This document shows, piece by piece, positions 1 through 10,856 of a stretch of DNA of 57,688 nt (position 1 is its first letter; each line of letters starts with the position of its first letter). The notes below the pieces were generated by a model, which saw only the letters and a list, made by a program, of their open reading frames with translations, had not been told where the DNA came from and did no database searches. The position numbers and the translations under genes are program-made. The stretch is from an uncultured delta proteobacterium. GTDB taxonomy: Bacteria; Desulfobacterota; Binatia; Bin18. The DNA lies in the NCBI GenBank assembly GCA_963733195.1, contig CAVTCR010000014.1, positions 1 to 57,688 on the forward strand, in the 5' to 3' direction.

Positions 1-392
1 GCGAAAGCAAATTGTGGACAGCGACTGTCCTTCAGAGTTCAATCCATTCGTACGCTCCCTCACCGAACAGTGGATGTCTTTCCATTTTGCACGTCGTTTG
101 CTGTCTTCGCCATAGATCACAACATCGCCAGGTATCAAGAACGGAGACCCTCACGGGGATTGTCGATACGGCATAAGGCTGGCACAGAGGCCTCCCCCTT
201 CTTCTTTCGTTGAGCACGTGACAGTGGTACAAGAGAGGCGGGGAAATTGGACGCGAGGTGTGAGTCCGTTCTCCAACCATCGCCCTACGGTCTGCTTCGT
301 CGTCGCGCCCTTGCGGATTCGGACTCAGCCTCAGGACTCATCACTCGGTAGTACTACATTTACCGGCTCACGCGAGCCAAAGGAGGGTTCTC

Positions 393-2129
393 ATGGCGGA
401 CTACGATCTGTTGATTAAAAACGGCACGATTGTCGACGGCTTACGCATGCCTGCCTTCAAGGGAGACATTGGTGTCCGCAGCGGGAGAATCGTTGCTATC
501 GGCAATGTCCAGGGGACGGCGACGCGAGAGATCGACGCGACCGGGTTAATCGTCGCGCCAGGCTTCATGGACATCCACACGCACTACGACGCTGCCCTCA
601 GCGGCTGGGACCCCTATGCCACGCTATCTGGCTGGCATGGCGTGACGACCGTCGCTATCGGCAATTGCGGCTTTGGCTTCGCTCCTGTGCGTCCAGCAGA
701 CCGCGAGCGGGCAATGCTGCGCATGGAACGGACTGAGACCATTCCGCTGTCGATGATGCAAGCGTCAATGCGCTGGGATTGGGTCACCTTCCCGGAATTT
801 CTGGACAGCCTCGACCGGCATGGACTTGGGGTCAATGCAGCCTCGCTTGTACCCTACTCGCCATTGCGCGCGTGGGTCATGGGTAATGAGGCGGCGCGAG
901 ATCCCAACTACAAAGCCACAACCGACCAGATTGCGCAAATGAAACACATTCTGCGTGAAGCATTGAATGCCGGTGGCTTTGGTTTCTCGGGCACCTTCAG
1001 CATGGCCAACCGTGACTACGACGGGGGCTATTTGCCGACCCAAGTGGCGTCGCGCGAAGAATTCCTGGAGATGGCGACCGTGCTGCGCGACTACAACCGT
1101 GGCTCGATCGAGTGGACGATGGGCCGTGCGTTGCAAGGGCTCAAACTCGATTTCTTGCTGGAGTTGGCCAAGACCAGCGGACGACCGGTGAATTGGAATG
1201 CGATTGCCTATGATCCGACTAACCCGACGCAGTGGCGTCGGCAACTGGATTGGAATGAGAAGGCGTACCGCGAAGCCGTTGTGCTGCCTGTCGATATCTG
1301 CCTGCCGATCGAGTTCGAGTTAACCTTTGAAACGATGGGACTCTTTGATCAATTGCCCGCGTGGAACGAAGCGACCATCGGCACCTTAGAGGAACGTAAA
1401 GTGAAACTGGCCGATCCCGCCCGACGCCCGAAGTTGCGTGCGGATATGGAGCGAGCGCGGATAACCGGACGGCGACAGGATGACGGCGAGGCCGGTCAAA
1501 TATCCATGTTCCGCTGGAACGAAACCTTTATCGATAAGGTCTGCCTCGAAAAGAACAAAGTGTTACAAGGCAAGACCGTGGCCGAACTGGCGCAGGAACA
1601 GAACAAACATCCGGTAGACGCCATGCTCGATTTAGCGGTCGAGGAAGATCTCAAGACGGAATTTTCCATGCCGAGCTTTGCTAACTCGGATGAAGAAGCG
1701 CTAGCGACGATTATCAAGCACCCGTTGTGCCTGATCGGCGCTTCTGATGGCGGCGCGCACACCAAGTTCCTCACCACGGGCCGGTATCCAACCCACTTTC
1801 TGGCCCACTGGGTACGTGACAAACAGTTGATGTCGCTGGAAGAAGCGCACTGGCGACTCTCGACGATGCTGGGGTGGGCGATCGGCATTCGTGATCGCGG
1901 CTGGCTCCGGGAAGGGATGCCAGCAGATATCGTCATCTACGACCTACAAAAGCTGCGTGTGCTACCGATGGAGACGGTCTACGATCTGCCGGACAACGAC
2001 TGGCGGCGGGTGCAGAAGGCGGATGGCTATCACTTCACTATCGTCAATGGCGTCATCACCTTCGAGGGGCAGCGGTGTACCGGGACGTTGCCGGGCAAAA
2101 TGCTACGCAGCTACGAGATGGGGGCATAA
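393..2129 (+). CDS. N-acyl-D-amino-acid deacylase family amidohydrolase
   Basis: 578-aa ORF; N-terminal DLLIKNGTIVDG, PGFMDIHTHYD metal motif, GNCG, SDGGAH, ADIVIYD; GGAGG RBS upstream. Confidence 0.9.
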   Translation: MADYDLLIKNGTIVDGLRMPAFKGDIGVRSGRIVAIGNVQGTATREIDATGLIVAPGFMDIHTHYDAALSGWDPYATLSGWHGVTTVAIGNCGFGFAPVRPADRERAMLRMERTETIPLSMMQASMRWDWVTFPEFLDSLDRHGLGVNAASLVPYSPLRAWVMGNEAARDPNYKATTDQIAQMKHILREALNAGGFGFSGTFSMANRDYDGGYLPTQVASREEFLEMATVLRDYNRGSIEWTMGRALQGLKLDFLLELAKTSGRPVNWNAIAYDPTNPTQWRRQLDWNEKAYREAVVLPVDICLPIEFELTFETMGLFDQLPAWNEATIGTLEERKVKLADPARRPKLRADMERARITGRRQDDGEAGQISMFRWNETFIDKVCLEKNKVLQGKTVAELAQEQNKHPVDAMLDLAVEEDLKTEFSMPSFANSDEEALATIIKHPLCLIGASDGGAHTKFLTTGRYPTHFLAHWVRDKQLMSLEEAHWRLSTMLGWAIGIRDRGWLREGMPADIVIYDLQKLRVLPMETVYDLPDNDWRRVQKADGYHFTIVNGVITFEGQRCTGTLPGKMLRSYEMGA

Positions 2130-2135
2130 CAATCG

Positions 2136-2327
2136 TGTTCGGCACTTTTTATACAGGTGTGCCAATGGGTTCCTTCTCCCGCCGGGAGAAGGACAGGATG
2201 AGGGGAAGAAGGTAGAGGATTCCTTGTTACATTCCCTCACCCTAACCTCCTCCGACTACGCGAAGGACAAGCTCTCCCGGCGGGAGAGGGGATTCCTGTG
2301 CCCAACGCCAATAATTCGTGCCGAACA
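2136..2327. repeat. REP/MITE-like palindromic element
   Basis: 10-bp terminal inverted repeat TGTTCGGCAC (2136-2145) / GTGCCGAACA (2318-2327) enclosing inverted CCTTCTCCC..GGGAGAAGG..GATGAGGGG / CCCTCACC..CTCTCCC..GGGAGAGGG units; immediately after a stop codon. Confidence 0.75.
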
Positions 2328-2531
2328 GTATTGGGGGCGTAAAGCGCGGGTGGATTTTTCCTGTGGTTTGCACATGTAGGGAAAAGATCTAACTACCTGT
2401 TCATTCTAGCTAGAAGGATACAACTGGCGGCCTGCCCCCTCTGTCGGGGGGCTTGTCCGCCAGTGTAACTGTCTCGCACGGGCAGCGTGCTGCCCGTAAC
2501 GCCCAAAAATTCAGATCAGCGAGGATCACGC

Positions 2532-3489
2532 ATGGCACACTCTGACAAAAAGCGGTCTAGCCGGCAAGGTGGCGATCATCACCGGCAGTGGCAGAGGCAT
2601 CGGTCGTTGCGAGGCGCTCCTGATGGCGCAGCAAGGAGCCAAAATCGTCGTGAGCGATATCGGGACTGACACCGACGGAACAAGTACGGCAGGAAAAGTT
2701 GCCGAAGAGATCCGAGCGGCCGGCGGTGACGCCATCTCGTCTACGGACAATGTCGCCTCGCTGGAGGGCGCGCAGCACACCGTCGAGGCAGCATTACAGT
2801 CGTACGGTCGATTGGACCTCCTGGTCAATAACGCTGGCTTGCGAGCCGGTAATCCAATCGACAAGCTCACGGAGGAACAATGGAATCTGGTCCTGGATAG
2901 CCATCTCAAATCGTCGTTTGCCATGACCAAATTTGCCGTGCCTGTGTTCAAGCGTCAGGGGGGCGGCGTCATTGTCAACACTGGTTCCGAAGCGGGCTTG
3001 GGCATGATTTTCAACTCGGCTTATGCTGCGGCCAAGGAAGGTATTGCTGGACTCACTCGGAGTGTTGCTCGCGAGCAGGGCCGATTCGGCATTCGTTGCA
3101 ATATGATTCGTCCACGCGCGACGGTGAACACTGGTGGAGGTGCATGGGGACAAGAGGTCTTTGCGAAATGGCTGCCAATGGCCAAAGCGTTGGGCCGCTA
3201 CTGGATTGGCGATCGTGGCTTGGTCGGATTCAATCGTCCAGCCCATCCAGAACAGGTTGCGGAGTTAGTCGTGTGGCTCTGTACGGACGCCGCGATCAAC
3301 GTGAACGGGCGCTCTTTTTATGTTGCCGGTGAAGAAGTCGGCCTCTGGTCTGAACCGGAACTCAGTCGGAGTTTGACGCGACCCGGAGGCTGGGATCTCG
3401 ACTCGCTCGATATGTTCGCCCGCGACACCATGATCGGCGATCTGACCAATCCCTTCTTGATTGAAGACCCTTTGAAAGGCAACGAGTAG
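2532..3489 (+). CDS. Short-chain dehydrogenase/reductase (probable frameshift near the start; ORF called from 2569)
   Basis: LAGKVAIITGSGRGIG (TGxxxGIG), NNAG, YAAAK catalytic motif. Confidence 0.9.
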
Positions 3490-3543
3490 GGTGGGTAATG
3501 AGAGTATCCCATCTTGCCTTTTGATTTGCCTGAGTGCTGGACT

Positions 3544-6500
3544 CTAGACGTTGGACTCTAGACCATCGAGCAACGCCTTCGCCTCTTGCAAGTCCTTCGT
3601 GTCGAATCCTTCGGTGAACCAGCCGTAGATCTCGGATAACATCTGGTGAGCTTCTTTCTGCTTGCCTTGTTGCTGCCACAGGCGCGCGAGGCTGGTCGCG
3701 GCGCGGAGTTCGAGCGACTTGGCTTGCTGCTTTCGCGCGATATCGAGGGCCTTCAGAAAACATTCCTCAGCCTCTTTGACCTTAGACTCTAGACTCTGAA
3801 CTCTAGACTGGGCGAGCATAAGCTCGCCGCGTAGCCGATACAGCTCGGCCTCGCAGTACCGCTCCCCAGTTTTGTCCACCACAGCCAGCGCCTCGGCCAG
3901 CACGTTCAGCCCTTCCTCGGTCTGTCCTACTTTTCCATATGCCTCGGCCAGCAGAGCCAGACAATACGGCTGTCGCAGTCTCTGCTTCCAGTGGCTCGGT
4001 AGGCGGCCAGGCCCTGGCGCATCTGGGCAATACCGTCTTCTCCTTGTCCTTGCTCGGCCAGCGCCCAGCCCCGCTAGATAGTTCCAATCGCCAACAGAAC
4101 GGAAACCCCTGGTCGGTAGACAGTGCAATCATTGCCTCTGCCTGCTCTTGGGCTGCGTTGCTCTCCCGGCGGAACTGATGGAGCATGGCAGCAAAGCCAA
4201 GGGCAAGCCAGACTAAAGGGGTGAGACAGCTCTTCGGCCAGGGCGAGTGCCTCCTGGCTCCTCTTCCGGGCCTGGTCCGGATAGCCCAGATAGCCACAGG
4301 GCCCAGACGCATAGGAGAGGCAACCCACCCTGGGGTCCTGTCCTGATAGACGAGAGTGATCGGGCCGGTGCGTCTGGGGGTCGTAGAGGGCAATGCTCTG
4401 CTCCAGATGGGCGAGAGCAGAGTCAATTCTCCAAGGTGGCACAAAGTATCCCTAGCGCACGATAAGGCTACGACAGCAGAGCCGGATCTGCAATTCTGGG
4501 CTAGCCGCAGGAATTGCTCCGCCAGCTCTCGCGCCGTCTGGAGTTCCCCCCGGATTAATATAAAACCGCCACAGACCATACAACACCCGGAAGAGCTGAG
4601 GCGTCTCCCCACCTGCCGGCACAGCTCCCGCGCCCGAGTGTAGGTTTTTTCCACTTCCGGGGCCGCATAGCCTTTGGTAGCATCACGGCGACCCAGAGTA
4701 ATTTGCAGCGTGAGTTCTTGCTGGGTGCGCTCGGGAGTGTCCGGCAGGGTCTTGAGCAACTCCAGCCCCTTGGTGAGGTGAGCTGATTGCTTCCACATTG
4801 GCCGAGCGTTGGCTCGCTCGCTGTCCAGCTTTTTGCCAGTAAGGAATGGCTTGCTCCTTGAGGCTGGCTTCGGTGTAGTGGTGAGCTAGCAGTTCCGGTT
4901 GGGTTTCTGACCGTCTCGGGAAACGGTCCGTTAACACCTGGGCAATCTGCTGATGAAACTGTTGGCGCTTGCTCTTCAGCAACGATTGATAGGCGGTATC
5001 CTGAATCAGGGCATGCTTGAACAGATAGTGGGCCTGCGGCAGCTAGCCCGCGCTGATACACCAACTCCGCCTCGACCAACTGTTTCAGTCCCTGCTGTAA
5101 CGTCTCTTCGTCAAGTCGGGAGACCGCTTGCAGGAGCTCATAGCTAAACTCCCGCCCGATGGTGGCTCCCAGTTGGGCAATCTCTTTGGCGTGGCCGAGC
5201 GATCCAGCCGAGCCATCAGCGAATCCTGCAAGGTGGCGGAATGCGAACGCGGTAGGGGCGACCGACTCAGTGTCTTCGCTCCCTACGGACTCCAAGACAG
5301 TCTTGGTCAATTCTTCCACAAACAACGGCACCCCATCGGTCTTGTCACGATCTGTTGCAGGACTTCTCGCGGTAGGGCTTTGCCGCCAGTCACTTTCTCT
5401 ACCATCGCTTCGACGTGCTGTGCCCCAAGCGGCTGAGCGTGAGCTGACTGAGATGGAGCGGTTGCCCCAGGGTGGCATGAACTCGGGGCGAAAGGTCAGC
5501 AGCACGTACAGCCGTGTCGGTCGGGAGCTTGGTCCAAGAACAGGTTGAGCAATTCCAGAGTGGATGGGTCGGCCCAGTGCAGATCTTCCCACGCACAGTA
5601 GACGGCTGCCTTCTTTGCCTCCTCGACTATCCACGCCACTAAGGCGGCGTGGGTTTTCTCTTTCTGCTTCTGGGGACTGAGGGTAATCGGTGGATAACCT
5701 TCGGGATGCGGGAGTGAGAGCAGGGCGGCCAACAGCGGAAGTGTCTCAGCCTGCGGGAAGCGATCAGTAGCTAAGCATTGCTCGCGAGTTTTATCCAGCT
5801 TTGTTGTAGGCAAATCTTCGCGCTGCAAACTGCAGCAGACGCTGTAGGTGGTCAATGATGGGATACAGCGCACTGTGCTGGTGATAGGGGGAGCAGCGAA
5901 ACTCAAGGCGGGTCGCTCCTTCGTGTTCGACAGATGCTCTTTGAGCTCCTGTACCAACCGTGACTTGCCAATCCCTGGCTCGCCGCTGAGCAACACGACT
6001 TGGCCTGCACCGCTTTTGGCTTGCTCCCAGCGTCGCGTAACAGCCCGTATTCGTGTTCGCGTCCGATCGAGCGGAGTGAGTCCTTTGCGCTCCACCACCT
6101 CAAAGCGACTCTGGGCTTCGCTCTCCTTAATCACACGATAGAGCGTCAGCGGGGTCGATACTCCTTTGAGTTCTGGCTGTCCACGATCCTCACACTCAAA
6201 CAAGCCTTCGACGAAACGATAGGTGGCTGCACTGATCACGACTTCGTTGGGTGCAGCTTGCCCTTGGATGCGCGCGGCAATGTTCGGCGTTTCCCCTAAG
6301 GCCAGGATCTTCCGTTTGCTCGCCGCGCCAATCTCGCCTACCACGACCGGCACCGGTATGAATGCCAATGCGCACCTGGAAGGGTGGCAACTGCTGATCG
6401 TGGCGTGCAGCCGTGCATTGAGCGCTGTCCACAATTTCTAGTCCAGCCCGCACCGCCCGTGCGCATCATCTTCATGCGCAACGGGATAGCCGAAGTACAC

Positions 6501-6971
6501 CAACAATCCATCGCCCAAGATACTGCGCAATGTGCCCGTCATAGCGTTCAATCACACTGGTGCAGATCTGCTGATAGGCGTGCACCACCTCCCGGTAGTT
6601 CTTCGGGGTCGAGTTGGTGCAGAAAGGGTGGTTGAACCCACCAGGTCACAGAACATCACCGTCAGTTGACGGCGTTCAGCGGCAGAGTGTAGGGTCTGGC
6701 GTCTAGGATCTAGAGTTTGGACGGAGGAAGTTCGTCCTTGCCCTTCTGACTCTGGACTCTGGACTCTAGACTCTGGACGCTTGTGGCCGACCCAGACTAG
6801 CACTTTGCCATCTTCATCCGTAGCTACACGCTCGGCCTCGATCAATTCGTCTTTGAGCCCTTCGAGATGCTCTTCGTCCAGATTGAACTGGAGCTTCAGA
6901 GCGCGGTACGACACCCGGCCTTTGTTCTGCAGTAGCTCCCGCACCTGCACCAGTAGCTCATCGAAGGTCAT
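3544..6971 (-). CDS. Class III adenylate/guanylate cyclase - AAA ATPase - TPR protein, copy 1 (multiple frameshifts)
   Basis: Colinear fragments: [37 protein letters not shown], Walker [17 protein letters not shown]-terminal [16 protein letters not shown]...[17 protein letters not shown]. Confidence 0.85.
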
Positions 6972-6994
6972 TGATCCTCTTCTTCTACATAAGT

Positions 6995-8092
6995 TCACAT
7001 CTGCAGCGACACTCGAATGGCCTGCCCTTCGTTCGCAAAGGGGAACGCGGTGTTGATCTCGGCAAAGGGGAAGGTGTGTGAGATGATCTTTTCAAACGGA
7101 TAGACGTGCTGGCGTCGCGCCAGAAAATCCAGCGCTCGCGGCAGCACCCATGGCGCATAGACTATCACGCCACGGATCATCTGTCCCCCGCGTACCACGG
7201 TGCCAGGATCGAGGTTGGAGGGCTGACCCGGAGTGATATTCCCGACCCAGAAATACCGCCCAGCTTGGCGCAGCAAGCGAGTCCCTTCTTCTACTGCCTG
7301 GGGCACGCCAACAAACTCTGCTACTACATCCGCACCCTGTCCTCGCGTGCGCTCGAACACGAGCTCTCGCCGCTGTTTCTCTGGTGTCTGTTCGATGTTT
7401 ACCGTCAGATCTGCCCCAAAGGCTTTAGCGAGCTCCAGCCGCGCAGGAAACTTATCGAAGACGATCACTTGGCCGGCGCCCATGTCTTTCGCAATGGCGG
7501 TTGCATAGAGCCCTAAACCACCCGCACCTTGAATGATGACGGTGTCTCCTAAGCGAATGCCAATTTGGTCGAGCCCATAGAGCGCCTCACATAGAGCGCA
7601 GTTCACTGGGGAAACAATCGCATCACTCAGCTCCGCCGGCACCTTGCAAATCGTCTGCCCTTTGCGCAAGTAATAGTATTCTCCATATGCGCCACGAAAG
7701 TGTGGAGGGTCACTCACATCGTTCATCCAATATCGGTAGCGGTGCGGGCAGGCAGACGAGCCGTGTAGACAGGCCGGACACGCTCCGCACGGAACGAAGT
7801 AGGCGTAGGCGAGACGATCGCCCTCTTGCAATGACTGGCCTAGACAGTCCGTCCGTACATTCTTCCCGAGGCGGAACACCTCACCGACCATCTCGTGGCC
7901 AGGAACGATAGACATATTCTTGGGAAAGCCAGGTCCGTGACCCCGCCAAATATGCAGGTCTGAGCCACAAATGTTAGCGCAGCGCACCTTGACCAAAATG
8001 TCATCAGGTCCCACTTCTGGCAGAGGATACTCACGGATATCCATTGCTTGCCGGGGGCCAGTGAAAACGGCAACCTTCGCGTGCATTATCAC
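6995..8092 (-). CDS. Zinc-binding alcohol dehydrogenase (MDR family)
   Basis: ICGSDLH, GHE, CGACPAC..C structural Zn site, GAGGLG. Confidence 0.9.
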   Translation of the reverse strand: MIMHAKVAVFTGPRQAMDIREYPLPEVGPDDILVKVRCANICGSDLHIWRGHGPGFPKNMSIVPGHEMVGEVFRLGKNVRTDCLGQSLQEGDRLAYAYFVPCGACPACLHGSSACPHRYRYWMNDVSDPPHFRGAYGEYYYLRKGQTICKVPAELSDAIVSPVNCALCEALYGLDQIGIRLGDTVIIQGAGGLGLYATAIAKDMGAGQVIVFDKFPARLELAKAFGADLTVNIEQTPEKQRRELVFERTRGQGADVVAEFVGVPQAVEEGTRLLRQAGRYFWVGNITPGQPSNLDPGTVVRGGQMIRGVIVYAPWVLPRALDFLARRQHVYPFEKIISHTFPFAEINTAFPFANEGQAIRVSLQM

Positions 8093-8264
8093 CTCCTGAG
8101 CTCGGTGAGCTTCGGTCTCTTCTCAAATCAGGCTGTTGTTACCAGAGCTGGGTGAATAAGGAGAGTAGCAAGGAAGCTACAACCGGAGTCATAAGCCATA
8201 TAACCCAAGTTTGACCTTATCCACCACGAACTGTCAGTTTGTCAAGCGTTTGTTCGACGACAGG

Positions 8265-8837
8265 CTATTCCTGGCGATTGTGGATCAGCCCACCCCCGAC
8301 AGCGTAGGCCTCGATAACCGTGCGTGCTGCTTCACGCTGCACACCTCGTACGATGGCCACCCCACGCTCCTCAAGATATCGGTACGAGGCTGGAAAGACA
8401 GGTCCCTCGTCAAAGCCAATCTGTTGGGCATCCTCACGCGTTGCCCCACACACTAACCGTGTCACGCTACTCCAGTGCGTTGCTCCTAGACACATCGCGC
8501 AGGGCTCGCACGACGAGAACAACTCATGCCGTTGGCCTCCGACGCGGAGATTAAAGACTTGGAGTCGTTGCTCCGCCAGCATGATGGCCATGACCTCCGC
8601 ATGGAGGACCGAATTGTTCTGCTGGACGACTTGGGACATGCCGACAGAAACCAATCGTCCATCGTCGCTACGGAAGATCGCCGCGCCAAAGGGTTCACCG
8701 GTGCCGTGTGTGACATTCAACCGCGAGAGGAGAATCGCGACAGCCATCTTATCGTCATCCCCGAGGTATCGCTGCTCCCAATCGATCGCCCCAGCGAGCC
8801 AGGGAGGATATTTTATGTTGATCAATGGAATTTCCAT
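8265..8837 (-). CDS. Nucleoside/nucleobase deaminase (TadA/guanine deaminase-like)
   Basis: PFGAAI, HAE and SCEPCAMC zinc motifs. Confidence 0.85.
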   Translation of the reverse strand: MEIPLINIKYPPWLAGAIDWEQRYLGDDDKMAVAILLSRLNVTHGTGEPFGAAIFRSDDGRLVSVGMSQVVQQNNSVLHAEVMAIMLAEQRLQVFNLRVGGQRHELFSSCEPCAMCLGATHWSSVTRLVCGATREDAQQIGFDEGPVFPASYRYLEERGVAIVRGVQREAARTVIEAYAVGGGLIHNRQE

Positions 8838-8946
8838 GGTTGTGTCTTTCGAGGAAATCAGGCGCAAGTCTTTCTCTCACTGTGGGTGATCACAACGAGA
8901 TCGAGCGTGTGCAAAGCCAGGTCGAGTCTGCTCTTGTTCGAGAAGA

Positions 8947-9399
8947 TCAATACTTCCCGCCCAGCTTCGTATGATCCCAACTCGCGACTTTTTCAGGCGT
9001 GATCTTGAGGATGACGCGTTTCGGGGCACTCAAGATCGCTTCACGCGGCGCCTCCGATTTCCCGCTCTGCGCTTCTTGCAACGTGCGAATTGTCTCTGCT
9101 ACTAGCGCCGGGTCCTCAATGATTTCGCAGTGACCGCGAATCATCAGTCCGCGGAAATCTCCATAATTTTTCCCCGTCTCAATCATGATCCCGACTTTGG
9201 GATTACGTCGGATATTGAGGACTTTTTGCGCTTTACCGTAGGAGGTCATGTAGATCACACCTTCCTTCGCCATGAACCCCATCGCTACTACGTGGGGAAA
9301 TCCGTCTTTATCTAAGGTTGCTAACGCAGCTTTGTGGCCTTCTTGCAGGAAGGCGGCTTGTTCTTCGGGCGTGAGCTGAATCTGACGTTGTTTGTTCAT
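8947..9399 (-). CDS. Pyridoxamine 5'-phosphate oxidase-like (PPOX class, probably F420-dependent) oxidoreductase
   Basis: ALATLDKDGFPH, KVLNIRRNPKV, C-terminal SWDHTKLGGKY. Confidence 0.85.
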   Translation of the reverse strand: MNKQRQIQLTPEEQAAFLQEGHKAALATLDKDGFPHVVAMGFMAKEGVIYMTSYGKAQKVLNIRRNPKVGIMIETGKNYGDFRGLMIRGHCEIIEDPALVAETIRTLQEAQSGKSEAPREAILSAPKRVILKITPEKVASWDHTKLGGKY

Positions 9400-9560
9400 T
9401 CTGCACTCCTTGTTTTGAGTCGTAGGGACTTCTCCAGAAGATTCAGTTCCTCCTAGGTGAAAATCCGAGAAGTATGTATACCAAGGAAGAAGAATCTCCC
9501 AAAGTATGTTTTGGAGTCAAGTCTTTATTTTGGCACGGAAAGCTTGTCCGCCTCTGGATC

Positions 9561-9640
9561 GTCGTTGCGAGGCGCTCCTGATGGCGCAACAAGGAGCCAA
9601 AATCGTCGTGAGCGATATCGGGACCGACACCGACGGAACA
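9561..9640 (+). repeat. 80-bp copy of the 5' part of the SDR gene (2603-2682)
   Basis: 78/80 identity read directly; both differences are at synonymous third positions (CAG/CAA, ACT/ACC). Confidence 0.9.
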
Positions 9641-9754
9641 CGTAATGAAGGAACACACCTGGTGAGGTGCTCCTGTCTGCTTGTCAGAGATGGACAAGCG
9701 GAGTAGAGAGGAGACGTATAAGGAGTGACTGTATTTTGCAAAGTGAGGTGATGT

Positions 9755-9982
9755 ATGTGTAAGCAAATGCTCACACTGATTCTGCTGCTCTGCGTGTTTG
9801 GAAATGGGTGTGCGGTGTCGCAAAGTCAACGACTATCCTCGACTCAGGATGAGGTGACGAGCACGCCACGGGAACGCAGGTTTGTGAGAGTTCCTCGTCC
9901 ATTTATCGGTATCCCCTATGTCGGTATTGGTGGCATCGGGGCTGGCATAGGAGGTGTAGGCGGTGGGGGCGTCTGCCATTGA
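9755..9982 (+). CDS. Small putative secreted/lipoprotein with Gly-rich C-terminus
   Basis: GAGGTG RBS; hydrophobic signal-like stretch ending GNGC; tail GIGGIGAGIGGVGGGGVCH. Confidence 0.5.
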   Translation: MCKQMLTLILLLCVFGNGCAVSQSQRLSSTQDEVTSTPRERRFVRVPRPFIGIPYVGIGGIGAGIGGVGGGGVCH

Positions 9983-10121
9983 AGAGAAGGTAAGGTGTGA
10001 GGCAAAAGGTGTGAGGCGTGAGACAAGACAAATGAAGCGAAACCTGCCTTAGTGGATATTTGTCTGGGGATTGGGGTGTTGGCTGACACGGTGCGGATGC
10101 TAGCCGAAAAGAAATGAGCAT

Positions 10122-10856
10122 ATGAAGATACATGTTATCAACCCCAACACCTCACTGGCTATGACAGAGTCGATCGGCGTCGCGGCGCGCTCGGTAGCGC
10201 GAGCAGGGACTGAGATCGTTGCGGTCTGTCCGACATTTGGTCCAGCGTCGATCGAATCGTACTACGACGAATATCTGTGTATCCCCGGCATCCTCGACGA
10301 GATCGGCAAAGGCGAAGAGGACAACGCCGAGGCGTATATCATCGCCTGTTACGGTGACCCCGGTCTGGCTGCCGCGCGGGAAATGACGACGAAGCCAGTG
10401 ATCGGGATTGCCGAAGCCTCATTGTACATCGCCTCGATCTTGGCAGCGCGTTTTTCCATTGTCACGGTGGTGCCACGTGTGCAGACGATGCTGGAGGAGA
10501 TGGTAGCCCGGTACGGGTTTCGTGACCGAGTGGTCAGTATTCGTACGACGCCGCTTTACGTTCTTGATGTAGAAAAAGATCCAGCCCGGGCGTTACAGAT
10601 GCTGCACGCCGATGCTCGGAAAGCCAGAGACGAAGATGACGCGGAAGCGATCCTGTTGGGCTGTGCGGGCTTTGCTCAGTTTGCCCAAGAGCTTGAGGAG
10701 GATCTGAATATCCCCGTACTTGATGGAGTGGTGTGTGCTGTGAAAATGGCCGAGGCGATTGTTGAGTTGGGGAAGACCACGAGCAAGTACAAGACCTACC
10801 GTCCCCCAGAGAAGAAAGTGTTTACGGGTCTGTTCGCGAAGTTCGGCAGACCTTAA
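10122..10856 (+). CDS. Asp/Glu/hydantoin (allantoin) racemase family protein
   Basis: INPNTS, IACYGDPG, LGCAG catalytic cysteines, KTYRPP tail. Confidence 0.9.
   Translation: MKIHVINPNTSLAMTESIGVAARSVARAGTEIVAVCPTFGPASIESYYDEYLCIPGILDEIGKGEEDNAEAYIIACYGDPGLAAAREMTTKPVIGIAEASLYIASILAARFSIVTVVPRVQTMLEEMVARYGFRDRVVSIRTTPLYVLDVEKDPARALQMLHADARKARDEDDAEAILLGCAGFAQFAQELEEDLNIPVLDGVVCAVKMAEAIVELGKTTSKYKTYRPPEKKVFTGLFAKFGRP

Noticed and set aside
2603-9640. 80-bp repeat pair as a DGR template/variable repeat
   Set aside because: Only two mismatches, not consistent with adenine-specific mutagenesis from one template strand; the repeat is at a gene 5' end; no DGR-type RT is present.
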